This document shows, in pieces, positions 27,583-35,285 of a stretch of DNA of 36,569 bases. The translations under genes and the position numbers were made by a program. The stretch's first letter is position 1. Each line of letters starts with the position of its first letter. The stretch is from assembly GCA_903893525.1 (NCBI GenBank), contig CAITMP010000339.1, positions 1-36,569 of the forward strand. The letters are read 5' to 3'. The stretch is from an uncultured Acidobacteriia bacterium (GTDB taxonomy: Bacteria > Acidobacteriota > Terriglobia > Bryobacterales > Bryobacteraceae). The notes below the pieces were generated by a model, which ran no database searches, was not told the DNA's origin, and saw only the letters and a program-made list of their open reading frames with translations.

Positions 27583-29481
27583 TTACTGGCCCCCTTCCCG
27601 GTGCACCGGAGTCAACGCGGCACCGACCGCAGCCGCCGGATTGTGCCGCTGGAGTTCGGCCTCGGCCAGCCGCACCTTCTTGTCGAAGTATGCCTTCATC
27701 ACGTCCCTGGCTATCGGAGCGGCGTACTGGCCATGGAGGCCGGCATTCTCCCACAACGTTGCGATCACTATTTCAGGCTTGTAGCAGGGGGCAAACTCCA
27801 CAAACCACGCGTTGTCCTTGAAGTCCTTGTGGAGCTTTTCGTACTCCGCCGAAGCCCGCTGCGCCGAGCCCGTCTTCCCGCAAACGTCGATTCCCGGCAA
27901 CCGTGCGCGTCCACCGGTGCCGCCCTCATTGACGACGCCGTACATCCCATCGATCACTTTCTTCACGTTCGACGGTGTCAGCGTCCATTCCTTGGGCTTG
28001 GTCTTGCCCGTGTCGGCTTCGACAAGGTGGGGCCGATGCCAAACGCCCCCCATTGCCAAGCCCCCGATGGCCCGGGCCAACTGCAGCGGTGTCACCGTAA
28101 GAGCGCCCTGCCCAATGGAAACGGAAATCGTTTCACCCGCATACCATTTCTGCCGGTAGTTCCTCAGTTTCCATTCGGGTGAAGGCACAATGCCCACAGC
28201 CTCGTTCGGCAGGTCAATCCCGGATTTCTCGCCCATGCCCGCCTGCTTGGCATAGAACGCCAAGGTGTCGATGCCGGTGCGATTTCCCACATTGTAGAAG
28301 TACACGTCGCAGGATTGCGCCAAGCCCTTGTGCAGCGAGGTTGAGCCGTGGACGGACCAGCAACCATGCCGGTGGCCGTAGAAATCCGCAGCCCCACCAC
28401 AGTTAAAAGCTGTATTTTCATCAACATTGCCAGTCTCCAAGCCAGCCAGGGCGACGAACGGCTTGAATGTGGACCCCGGTGCCAGCTGCGCCTGAATGGC
28501 CCTGTTCAGCAACGGATTGGCCGGATCGGACGTGATCTCCTTCCAATCCTTGGTGCGAATCCGCACAGCGAATTTGTTAGGGTCGAAACTGGGCCGCGAC
28601 GCCATCGCAAGCACCTCGCCATTGTTCGGATTCAGCGCGACAACAGCGCCGCGCTTGTCACCCAGCGCAAGCTCCGCCACCACTTGGAGATCCAGATCTA
28701 TCGTCAGTTGCAGGTTCTTCCCCGGCACCGCTTCCTTGATACCCAACACTTGATGCTCGCGGCCAAGGTTGTCCACCACCGATTGCCGCTCCCCATCGAC
28801 CCCCATCAGCGAGTCGTTGTACTCCTTCTCGATTCCCGTCTTACCGATGATTTGGCCCTGGTTGAACTTGGCGTAGTCGGGATTGTCGAGTTCGGACTCG
28901 CTGATTTCCCCCGTGTAGCCGATCAGGTGGGCCAGCACGCCGTCCTCAGGATAGAGACGCCGCTGCGATTGGATCAGCTCCATCTCCGGAAAGGTTTCCG
29001 GATCGCGGTGCGAATCCACGAACGCCAGATCCGCAGGCGTCAGATCCTCTTTGATAGTGATGGGCTCGTACTTTGGCCGCTTGCGGAAGCGCGCAACCCG
29101 CTTCACCAGTTCGTCGTAGTCCAGATGGAGCCCTTCGGCGATCGCGCGCAGATGCTCGTCCCGCAGGTTCTCGCGCGACAGAATCAGCCGCCACGTGGAA
29201 TGGTTGTCCACAATCACACGGCCATCCCGGTCCAAGATCTTGCCCCTTGGCCCGACGATCGGGAAGGACTTGATCCGATTGCGCTCCGCCCGCTCACTGT
29301 AAATTTCCGGGCTCTTGATTTGGAGCTCCCAGAAGCCGGAAACCAGAAACAGAAAAACCGCGACAGCAACGTACTGGAATGCGGCCATTTTGGCCGCGGC
29401 AAATTTCGGGTCGTCCCGCCGACGAATCTTGGGCGGGAGGGAGTGTACTACGGTACTTGGATCGGGTGTGGGGAAGGACAC
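27583..29481 (-). CDS. mrdA: Penicillin-binding protein 2 (elongasome transpeptidase)
   Basis: N-terminal TM helix. RGKILDRDGRVIVDN (dimerisation domain), APGSTFKP (SxxK), SCDVYFY (SxN region) and CGKTGSAQ (KTG). Confidence 0.9.
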   Translation of the reverse strand: MSFPTPDPSTVVHSLPPKIRRRDDPKFAAAKMAAFQYVAVAVFLFLVSGFWELQIKSPEIYSERAERNRIKSFPIVGPRGKILDRDGRVIVDNHSTWRLILSRENLRDEHLRAIAEGLHLDYDELVKRVARFRKRPKYEPITIKEDLTPADLAFVDSHRDPETFPEMELIQSQRRLYPEDGVLAHLIGYTGEISESELDNPDYAKFNQGQIIGKTGIEKEYNDSLMGVDGERQSVVDNLGREHQVLGIKEAVPGKNLQLTIDLDLQVVAELALGDKRGAVVALNPNNGEVLAMASRPSFDPNKFAVRIRTKDWKEITSDPANPLLNRAIQAQLAPGSTFKPFVALAGLETGNVDENTAFNCGGAADFYGHRHGCWSVHGSTSLHKGLAQSCDVYFYNVGNRTGIDTLAFYAKQAGMGEKSGIDLPNEAVGIVPSPEWKLRNYRQKWYAGETISVSIGQGALTVTPLQLARAIGGLAMGGVWHRPHLVEADTGKTKPKEWTLTPSNVKKVIDGMYGVVNEGGTGGRARLPGIDVCGKTGSAQRASAEYEKLHKDFKDNAWFVEFAPCYKPEIVIATLWENAGLHGQYAAPIARDVMKAYFDKKVRLAEAELQRHNPAAAVGAALTPVHREGGQ

Positions 29482-29544
29482 TGAGGCGCGCGACGCTAGT
29501 CCTAGGTTAACAGAAACTGGCCGGAACCTCTGATTTGGTTCGAT

Positions 29545-30147
29545 TTACCGGGATGGATCGTTGCCGGATGTCTCGGCCGCAGGCACTGGAGGCGATCCCA
29601 TGGGCTGGTTCCGCGGACCCAAGCCCAGTTCTATCAGCGCCGGAGCCGTAATCTTGCCCGTTGCGGTCAAGTTTCGGTCGGTCTGGAACTTCTTCAACGC
29701 CTGCGTGGATTCCGCGTCCCAAATGCCATTCGGTTCGGACTTCAGGTAGCCCTGGGTTGCCAAAGCCTCCTGGATCTCCTTGTACCGGTCCGCCGTGGGC
29801 TGGGTCTGGCGATAGCGCCGAGCCACCGCGACCGGCCTTGCAGGACCCTTGCCTTTAGTCAATTTAGGCGAATTTGCATTCCGCGCCGCCGACGACGGAC
29901 GAACGGGCTGCGATCCCCCCTTCGCCGAAGCAGTCCCGGACTTCTGCCCGGTCTTTGACGGCACCGATTTTGAGGTCGCTGATTTCGAAGCCGACGACTT
30001 TGACGCCGTCCCTGTATTCTTGGCCACAGCCTTCGGCGCAGGTTTGGCGGCTACCTGGCCGGATTTCTTGGCCGTCGTCTCGGCAGCTCCAAGCGCAGCC
30101 ATCGTACAGCCTGCAGTAACCACGACTAGTGCCAAATTTCGAATCAT
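29545..30147 (-). CDS. Secreted protein with a Ser/Lys/Ala-rich linker and a C-terminal peptidoglycan-binding (PG_binding_1) domain
   Basis: Signal peptide MIRNLALVVVTAGCTMAALGA. Low-complexity KKSGQVAAKPAPKAVAKNTGTASKSSASKS.... YKEIQEALATQGYLKSEPNGIWDAESTQALKKFQTDRNLTATGKITAPALIELGL. Confidence 0.75.
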   Translation of the reverse strand: MIRNLALVVVTAGCTMAALGAAETTAKKSGQVAAKPAPKAVAKNTGTASKSSASKSATSKSVPSKTGQKSGTASAKGGSQPVRPSSAARNANSPKLTKGKGPARPVAVARRYRQTQPTADRYKEIQEALATQGYLKSEPNGIWDAESTQALKKFQTDRNLTATGKITAPALIELGLGPRNQPMGSPPVPAAETSGNDPSR

Positions 30148-30240
30148 AGGCGAAAGGGTCTAGTTGCTTAGACGTACCGAATCGTCCTATCGTATCAGCT
30201 CCAATCACTCGTGGAGGCAAAATTTGTCGAAAACGTGCAT

Positions 30241-30603
30241 TCACGACAGCAACTGAATATCCACAACCTTGGATGTTGCCACCAACTTGTGCGCAGGGTG
30301 CCAAAACTCCAATCGCATCCCCCGTCCTATGTAGCCGGGCTTCAACATCGAACCGCCCCAGTTCCCTCCCCCTATCAACACCTCCACCGGCTCGGCGCAA
30401 TATTCCGGGTGGCCGCTGATCCGGGCATTCAAACCCGTCAGCTTCTCAATCGAATAGGTGTGGTGCCGGGTGGACACCTGGAGCTGAGCACCGGGCGGAA
30501 GATCCCCCATGTGCACGCCGATCTCAATCCCGGAGGACGACGCCCCCGCATCCATTGCCAACGATGCAACGCTGGCCGGATGAATTGCAACAATCTCGTT
30601 CAC
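30241..30603 (-). CDS. Hypothetical protein (120 aa), family not recognised
   Basis: ATG start 2 nt after the methyltransferase stop. Balanced amino-acid composition (…GHPEYCAEPVEVLIGGGNWGGSMLKPGYIGRGMRLEFWHP…). Confidence 0.55.
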   Translation of the reverse strand: MNEIVAIHPASVASLAMDAGASSSGIEIGVHMGDLPPGAQLQVSTRHHTYSIEKLTGLNARISGHPEYCAEPVEVLIGGGNWGGSMLKPGYIGRGMRLEFWHPAHKLVATSKVVDIQLLS

Positions 30604-30605
30604 AA

Positions 30606-31316
30606 TTACCTAAGCGCAAACCAGATCAAAAAGAGGCCATCCGGCGCAACATCCTCCCAATATGAGAGAAATTCACTGTGGACCGACGCGCAGTCCCGCC
30701 GCAAAAGTCGCTCCAATTCGCCACGCTCAAACCAGCGCTCCCAAGCGGGCGTCTTGAAACGGCCCCAGTGCTCCACGTTTTTGTCGATGATGACAAGCTT
30801 CCCTCCCGGCTTCAGGACGCGGCACATTTCGGCCACAGCCTTGTCGATTTCCACCGCATGCTCCAGCGATTCCGTCGCATACACGCAGTCGAACGAGGCC
30901 GCGGCAAATGGGAGTTCCGTCATCAGGGCAGAGACTTTACCCACACTGGCGGGTACACCCGCCAGCATGTCCTCCGAAATGTCCAGCCCGACAATCTTGG
31001 CTCCGGGGTTTTGCTCCTGCAGAACCCGGGCGAACCGGCCTTTGCCGCAACCAACGTCCAACACACGTCTATCGGTCAAATCCCCGAAATACTTTAGGAG
31101 CTTTTGCACATGTAATATGCGCGGATCGATTGTGGATGGAAAATGTTCCTCGTCCTGCGACGCCTCGTCGAAGCTGCGACGGATTTCGCGGGCGAGCGTG
31201 GGGTCCAACGGCTGTGTCGGGGCCAAGTCTGGTGTCCGCAGTGTCGTTAACGGGGGAGGAACCACCGCGGCACCCGACCGGTTGGTCAGGCGCCGCAGCA
31301 GTGATTTGAAATTCAC
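30606..31316 (-). CDS. Class I SAM-dependent methyltransferase
   Basis: RVLDVGCGKGRFARVL (motif I GxGxG), IVGLDISEDML (acidic motif II) and LKPGGKLVIID (post-III). Confidence 0.8.
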   Translation of the reverse strand: MNFKSLLRRLTNRSGAAVVPPPLTTLRTPDLAPTQPLDPTLAREIRRSFDEASQDEEHFPSTIDPRILHVQKLLKYFGDLTDRRVLDVGCGKGRFARVLQEQNPGAKIVGLDISEDMLAGVPASVGKVSALMTELPFAAASFDCVYATESLEHAVEIDKAVAEMCRVLKPGGKLVIIDKNVEHWGRFKTPAWERWFERGELERLLRRDCASVHSEFLSYWEDVAPDGLFLIWFALR

Positions 31317-31322
31317 GGGAAA

Positions 31323-32510
31323 TTAAGCCCTCGTCAGGAAGATCGGCAAACCGAGCTTGTTGGCATAGCTCGGACGATACCGGTCCTTGTTATACATGTT
31401 CTCCACATCCACCGCGCGCGGTCCCAGCTTCGGGTCCGGGATCTCCACAGCCGCGTAAACGCCCTGGTTGATCGCCGTCATTTTGCCCGATTCCCCGCGC
31501 TGGATCATGTCCGCCGCCATGCCGGCAAACGTCGACGCCACCATCCGGTCCACAAAATCCGGCGCGCCGCTCCGCAGGTCGTACGTCAGGTCGCTCACCA
31601 CCGTCTCCTGGCCCGTCAGCTCCTGGATCTTTTCGCTCAGCGCTTCCGCCACGTTCATCTTCTTCCGGTGGCCATAGCCGTCGGGACGCCCGTACTCCTG
31701 CACCTCGTAGCCGATCCACTCCGCGCCTTCCGAAAGCAGCACCAGCGAATAGCCGGAGGGATTGTTCTTCTTGTCCTCCACCAGCATTTCAATGAGCCGT
31801 TCCGAGTCGACGTTCTTGTACTCCGGAATCACGCACCGCATCGAGTTCACATATGCCGTGTAGAGTGCCGTGTAGCCCGCATCGCGGCCGAAAATGCGGA
31901 AAACGCCAATCCGCTCATGGGACCCGATCGTGGTGCGCTGCCGGTCGATGTTGTCCGTCGCCCGGTTCACCGCCGTCGAAAATCCGATGCAGTACTCCGT
32001 GTTCCGCACATCGTTGTCCATCGTCTTCGGCACCGCAATCACCTTGAAGCCCAAGCGGTCCAAGTGCGCCGCGTAGCTCAACGTGTCGTCGCCGCCAATG
32101 GCAACCAGGTACTCGACTTCCAGCTTCTCAAGATTCTTGATCGTCTGCGACGTCATGTCATAGACCGTCGAGGTGACCCCCCGCTTCGTGTTCTGCGAAA
32201 CCGGAAAGCTGGTCCCATCCAGAAACGACGGTGTCTTCTTCATCTTGAGCGGGTTCGTACGCGAACTGTGCAGCCAAGTGCCGCCCGTCCGGTCGATGCT
32301 GCGGGTGTTGTCCCGGTCGAGGGGGCGCACATAGCGCGCCACGCTGGCCGGATCCTCCCAGTTCAGGTGGGTCAGGCCCTCCCAACCGCGACGGATACCG
32401 ACAACCTCGCGGCCCATTTCACCCGCCCGATAAACAACCGTCTTGATAACGGAATTGAGACCAGGGACGTCGCCGCCACCGGTCAGGATTCCGATCTTGC
32501 CTGCTTTCAT
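31323..32510 (-). CDS. pfp: 6-phosphofructokinase with a PPi-dependent residue signature
   Basis: ATG 32510 with AGGAG 5 nt upstream. KIGILTGGGDVPGLN, IGGDDTLSYA, VPKTMDNDV. GGDDT plus PKT, rather than GGDGS plus PGT, is the classical PPi-PFK discriminator. Confidence 0.85.
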   Translation of the reverse strand: MKAGKIGILTGGGDVPGLNSVIKTVVYRAGEMGREVVGIRRGWEGLTHLNWEDPASVARYVRPLDRDNTRSIDRTGGTWLHSSRTNPLKMKKTPSFLDGTSFPVSQNTKRGVTSTVYDMTSQTIKNLEKLEVEYLVAIGGDDTLSYAAHLDRLGFKVIAVPKTMDNDVRNTEYCIGFSTAVNRATDNIDRQRTTIGSHERIGVFRIFGRDAGYTALYTAYVNSMRCVIPEYKNVDSERLIEMLVEDKKNNPSGYSLVLLSEGAEWIGYEVQEYGRPDGYGHRKKMNVAEALSEKIQELTGQETVVSDLTYDLRSGAPDFVDRMVASTFAGMAADMIQRGESGKMTAINQGVYAAVEIPDPKLGPRAVDVENMYNKDRYRPSYANKLGLPIFLTRA

Positions 32511-32580
32511 TTGCACTCCTGAGGGGATGGTTAAAGGACCATTGTACCGGGACGCGCGTGCCGGTGTTGCATCACCGGAG

Positions 32581-33441
32581 TTAGATCATGGGCAGGGATC
32601 GGGGTTTCGGGCCACGCGGAAAAACCGAATCCAGCAGCGCAACCTCGGCTGCATCCAAGTTCATTTCGCCAGCCCGGCAGTTGTCCCGAACGTGGTCGGG
32701 TTTGGCCGATTTCGGTATGGCGAACACGCCCGAATCCCGTGTCAGGTACGCAAGCGCAACCGCCCTGGCGCTGGTGGAACGGGCCGCTGCAATTCGCGCA
32801 AGAACCCGTCCACCAGCCGACGACGGCTTCGGAAAGGACCCGGATCCAAACGGGCTGTAGCCAACCACCGCCACCCCGTTCGCCGCGCACCACGGCAACA
32901 CCGCATGCTCGATGGCCCGTTCCTCCAAATGGTACAGAACCTGGTTGCAAACCATGCGGCCCGGATCGGACACCCTCATCACATCCTCCAAGTCCCCGAC
33001 GTCGAAGTTGCTCACACCCCAGGACAGGATCCGCCCATCGCGCTGCAGTTGCTCGAATGCCGCGACGGTTTCGGCCAACGGGTGCCGCCCGCGCCAGTGC
33101 AGCAAATAGCAATCCAGGTGGTCCGTTCCGAGCCGCTTCAACGACCTTTCACACGCCTGAATGGTCCCGGACTTGGTCGCGTTTGACGGCAACACCTTGG
33201 AAACCAGGAAAACCTTGTCCCGACTGCCCTGAATGGCCTCGCCAACCAGCTTTTCGGCCTCGCCCGAGCCATACATCTCGGCTGTATCTATATGGGTTGA
33301 ACCCAAATGCCCTGCACCCAGTTCGATTCCCCGCCGAAGCGCCGCAATACCTTCTGCACGCGGAGCCGATTCGATGTTCCACGTACCCAGACCCACCTTG
33401 GAAACCGGGCGACCCGTGGAACCAAAAGTTCGATACTCCAT
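32581..33441 (-). CDS. Aldo/keto reductase
   Basis: ATG 33441. MEYRTFGSTGRPVSKVGLGTWNI...IDTAEMYGSGEAEKLVGEAI...VFLVSKV...LDCYLLHW...GVSNF...VVGYSPFG. The remainder of track ORF 32581..34230 is a read-through shadow. Confidence 0.88.
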   Translation of the reverse strand: MEYRTFGSTGRPVSKVGLGTWNIESAPRAEGIAALRRGIELGAGHLGSTHIDTAEMYGSGEAEKLVGEAIQGSRDKVFLVSKVLPSNATKSGTIQACERSLKRLGTDHLDCYLLHWRGRHPLAETVAAFEQLQRDGRILSWGVSNFDVGDLEDVMRVSDPGRMVCNQVLYHLEERAIEHAVLPWCAANGVAVVGYSPFGSGSFPKPSSAGGRVLARIAAARSTSARAVALAYLTRDSGVFAIPKSAKPDHVRDNCRAGEMNLDAAEVALLDSVFPRGPKPRSLPMI

Positions 33442-33449
33442 CCAGCCCT

Positions 33450-33974
33450 TTACTTCAGACGCGACGCCAGCACCCGCGCAATCGGGTCGGCCGCATCCTT
33501 CGGCAATCCCACAACCCCGGCCAGGTAGTGCAATTTCGCAAACGCGTACACCGGGCGCGCGCCATCCAAGCCGAAATAGCCGCCCATGTGCGCCAGATAC
33601 TCGGTATCCTTCAGTCCCGACTTGATGTCCACCAAAAGGAACGCGGCCTTTTGGTTCGTGTCCGCGTCGATGACGAACATCTGGAATTTCTGGCCCTTCG
33701 CCTCGTACTCGCCCAGCGAACCACCCGGCATCTTTGGCAAATCGAGGATGTGGTCCGGAACCACCTTCGATGACACCAGTCCCGCAGGTGGCAACGCCGC
33801 CGTATGGTCCACCACCGGAGCCGGAGCCGTAACCGGTGGCGGCGTCTTCGATGCCGTCTCGGGAGCCGAACCGCACCCAGCCAGCAACAAGGCTGCCGAC
33901 AGAGCTGCCGACAGAGCTGCCGACAGAGCTGCCGACAGAGCTGCCGACAGAGCCGCCCCCGTCGCGCCCCTCAT
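33450..33974 (-). CDS. Lipoprotein of unknown function with a tandem-repeat-expanded signal peptide
   Basis: MRGATG(AALS)x5 AALLLAGC contains the lipobox LAGC. The mature domain was not recognised. ATG overlaps the upstream stop (ATGA). Confidence 0.7.
   Translation of the reverse strand: MRGATGAALSAALSAALSAALSAALSAALLLAGCGSAPETASKTPPPVTAPAPVVDHTAALPPAGLVSSKVVPDHILDLPKMPGGSLGEYEAKGQKFQMFVIDADTNQKAAFLLVDIKSGLKDTEYLAHMGGYFGLDGARPVYAFAKLHYLAGVVGLPKDAADPIARVLASRLK
33892..33951. repeat. Perfect 12-bp tandem repeat x5 (GCTGCCGACAGA) encoding (AALS)5 in the lipoprotein signal peptide
   Basis: Read directly: ggctgccgacaga gctgccgacaga gctgccgacaga gctgccgacaga gctgccgacaga gccgcc. Confidence 0.9.
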
Positions 33975-34291
33975 GCCTTCTTGCGTCCCTTTTTTGCCGC
34001 AGGCGCGGCCACTGGGACTGCTTCGGACACTTCTGCGCCCGATTCCCCGGCACCCGGTTCACCAGCCGCCGCAGCCGCCGCTGCCGCAGCCGCTTTCTCC
34101 GCCTGCGCCGCAACCTTGCGCGGATCAATCTTCGGCGGAGGTGCCTGTTCGTTGCGGAAATCGTGGTCGCTGTGGCAAGTGCGGCAGCGAACCTTCGCCG
34201 CCGCGTCGCCCAGCAGCGACACCACCGCATGGTTCATCACCCGCTTGCACTTGACGCAATAATCATCGATATCATCGCCGAGCCTGGCCAT
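33971..34291 (-). CDS. Small zinc-ribbon protein with a poly-Ala/acidic tail and a basic C-terminus
   Basis: AAGGAG upstream of ATG 34291. CVKCKRV...x19...CRTCHSD (CxxC...CxxC). The tail is AAAAAAAAAAGEPGAGESGAEVSEA...KKGRKKA. Confidence 0.6.
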   Translation of the reverse strand: MARLGDDIDDYCVKCKRVMNHAVVSLLGDAAAKVRCRTCHSDHDFRNEQAPPPKIDPRKVAAQAEKAAAAAAAAAAGEPGAGESGAEVSEAVPVAAPAAKKGRKKA

Positions 34292-34306
34292 GGTGCTGTG
34301 CTCTCC

Positions 34307-34648
34307 TTAGACTTGTGTTCCGGACGGGGAGCCCGGCTGGGGTGGTGCTGGGACCGGAAACGCAATATTGGTCTGCACACCCTCCGGCAGAATCCACCGC
34401 GCTTCCTCAAAACCGACATACTTGCAAATTCTCAGCTGCCCCGTGCTCGATTCCAGCGCATCACCCACGTTCAACGGCTTGTCCGTCGCGCGGAGGTGCG
34501 CCCACGCGGCATACTCGTTCTCCGCCTCAACATCGCCCCCGGGCTCGTAGTCTTTCACCTTGATCCCCGCAACCCCTGAGACGTGCGGAGCCCAGCGGAA
34601 TTGCTGGCGAGGATTTTCCTTCATCCGGTGGACGCGAAAACTTGCCAT
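34307..34648 (-). CDS. Hypothetical protein (113 aa), family not recognised
   Basis: ATG 34648. Balanced composition (MASFRVHRMKENPRQQFRWAPHVSGVAGIKVKDYEPGGDVEAENEYAAW...). It is the first gene of a tightly spaced four-gene minus-strand string. Confidence 0.55.
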   Translation of the reverse strand: MASFRVHRMKENPRQQFRWAPHVSGVAGIKVKDYEPGGDVEAENEYAAWAHLRATDKPLNVGDALESSTGQLRICKYVGFEEARWILPEGVQTNIAFPVPAPPQPGSPSGTQV

Positions 34649-34693
34649 TCACGACTATTGTATATGGAACGCGGTCGTATTGGTGTTCGCCAA

Positions 34694-35059
34694 TCACATC
34701 CGCTTGAGTATGTATTCAACGGTCTGGCCGGTTCCGGCAAAATCGACTTTCAACTTGATGGTGTCGCCCTCCACCTTGCCCGCATAGGTCAGCTTCATTT
34801 CGTTGCCCTGAAAATTGGCCGTAATCGTGAACGACACGTTGTCCCCCTCGACCTTCCCGCCCTCAAGAACCGACTTTCCCATCATCTGGCTATCGGTCTC
34901 GCCCGTCAGCTTGCCCCCTTCCACCTGGAAGGTGAAGGTTCGTTCGATGGGTCCATTCGGACCTTCGGCCGTCCCCTTCCACTTGCCGCCGATATCGGCC
35001 GCCAAGGCGGACATGGACATGGTCGCCATCAGGAATAGGGAGAGGAAAAGTTTTTTCAT
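34694..35059 (-). CDS. Small secreted beta-rich protein of unknown function
   Basis: Signal peptide MKKLFLSLFLMATMSMSALA. The mature part has an internal repeat flavour (GGKLTGET.../GGKVEGDNVSFTI.../AGKVEGDTIKLKV). Confidence 0.7.
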   Translation of the reverse strand: MKKLFLSLFLMATMSMSALAADIGGKWKGTAEGPNGPIERTFTFQVEGGKLTGETDSQMMGKSVLEGGKVEGDNVSFTITANFQGNEMKLTYAGKVEGDTIKLKVDFAGTGQTVEYILKRM

Positions 35060-35151
35060 GCATCCACTCTTTCGCGGATCGAGGCGGATGTCAAGGCAGT
35101 TGTATTACCAAACCAATAAGATCTTCGCAGCTGCCGCGATTCCGTTGTGGG

Positions 35152-35271
35152 GCAGGATGGCATCCTGCGCGGCGGTCGCCGACCGGCGCACGCGCCATCA
35201 AGGCGCGGACTTGCTTGCGGCTCCGCTGAGTAGGGTAGCGATTCTTCGCTGCCGCCGCCTTTTGGGCGGCG
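35152..35271. repeat. Cluster of five short GC-rich palindromes/hairpins in a divergent intergenic spacer (REP-like)
   Basis: GCAGGATG-G-CATCCTGC (35152-68). CGGTCG-C-CGACCG (35173-85). CGCGCC-ATCAA-GGCGCG (35191-207). GCGG-CT-CCGC (35217-26). CGCCGCC-TTTTG-GGCGGCG (35253-71). None has a terminator-type T-tract. Confidence 0.6.
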
Positions 35272-35285
35272 ATAACCGGATGTAG

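Noticed and set aside
33442-34230. Upstream 263 aa of track ORF 32581..34230
   Set aside because: It is an Arg-rich read-through over the lipoprotein and zinc-ribbon genes. AKR homology starts at ATG 33441.
35066-35094. TTGACA (reverse complement of 35089-94) as the -35 of the 34694..35059 gene
   Set aside because: The best -10 at 17-nt spacing is AAGAGT, and the ATG would be only about 6 nt downstream of the -10 hexamer (about 31 nt from the TTGACA). This is not convincing without TSS data.
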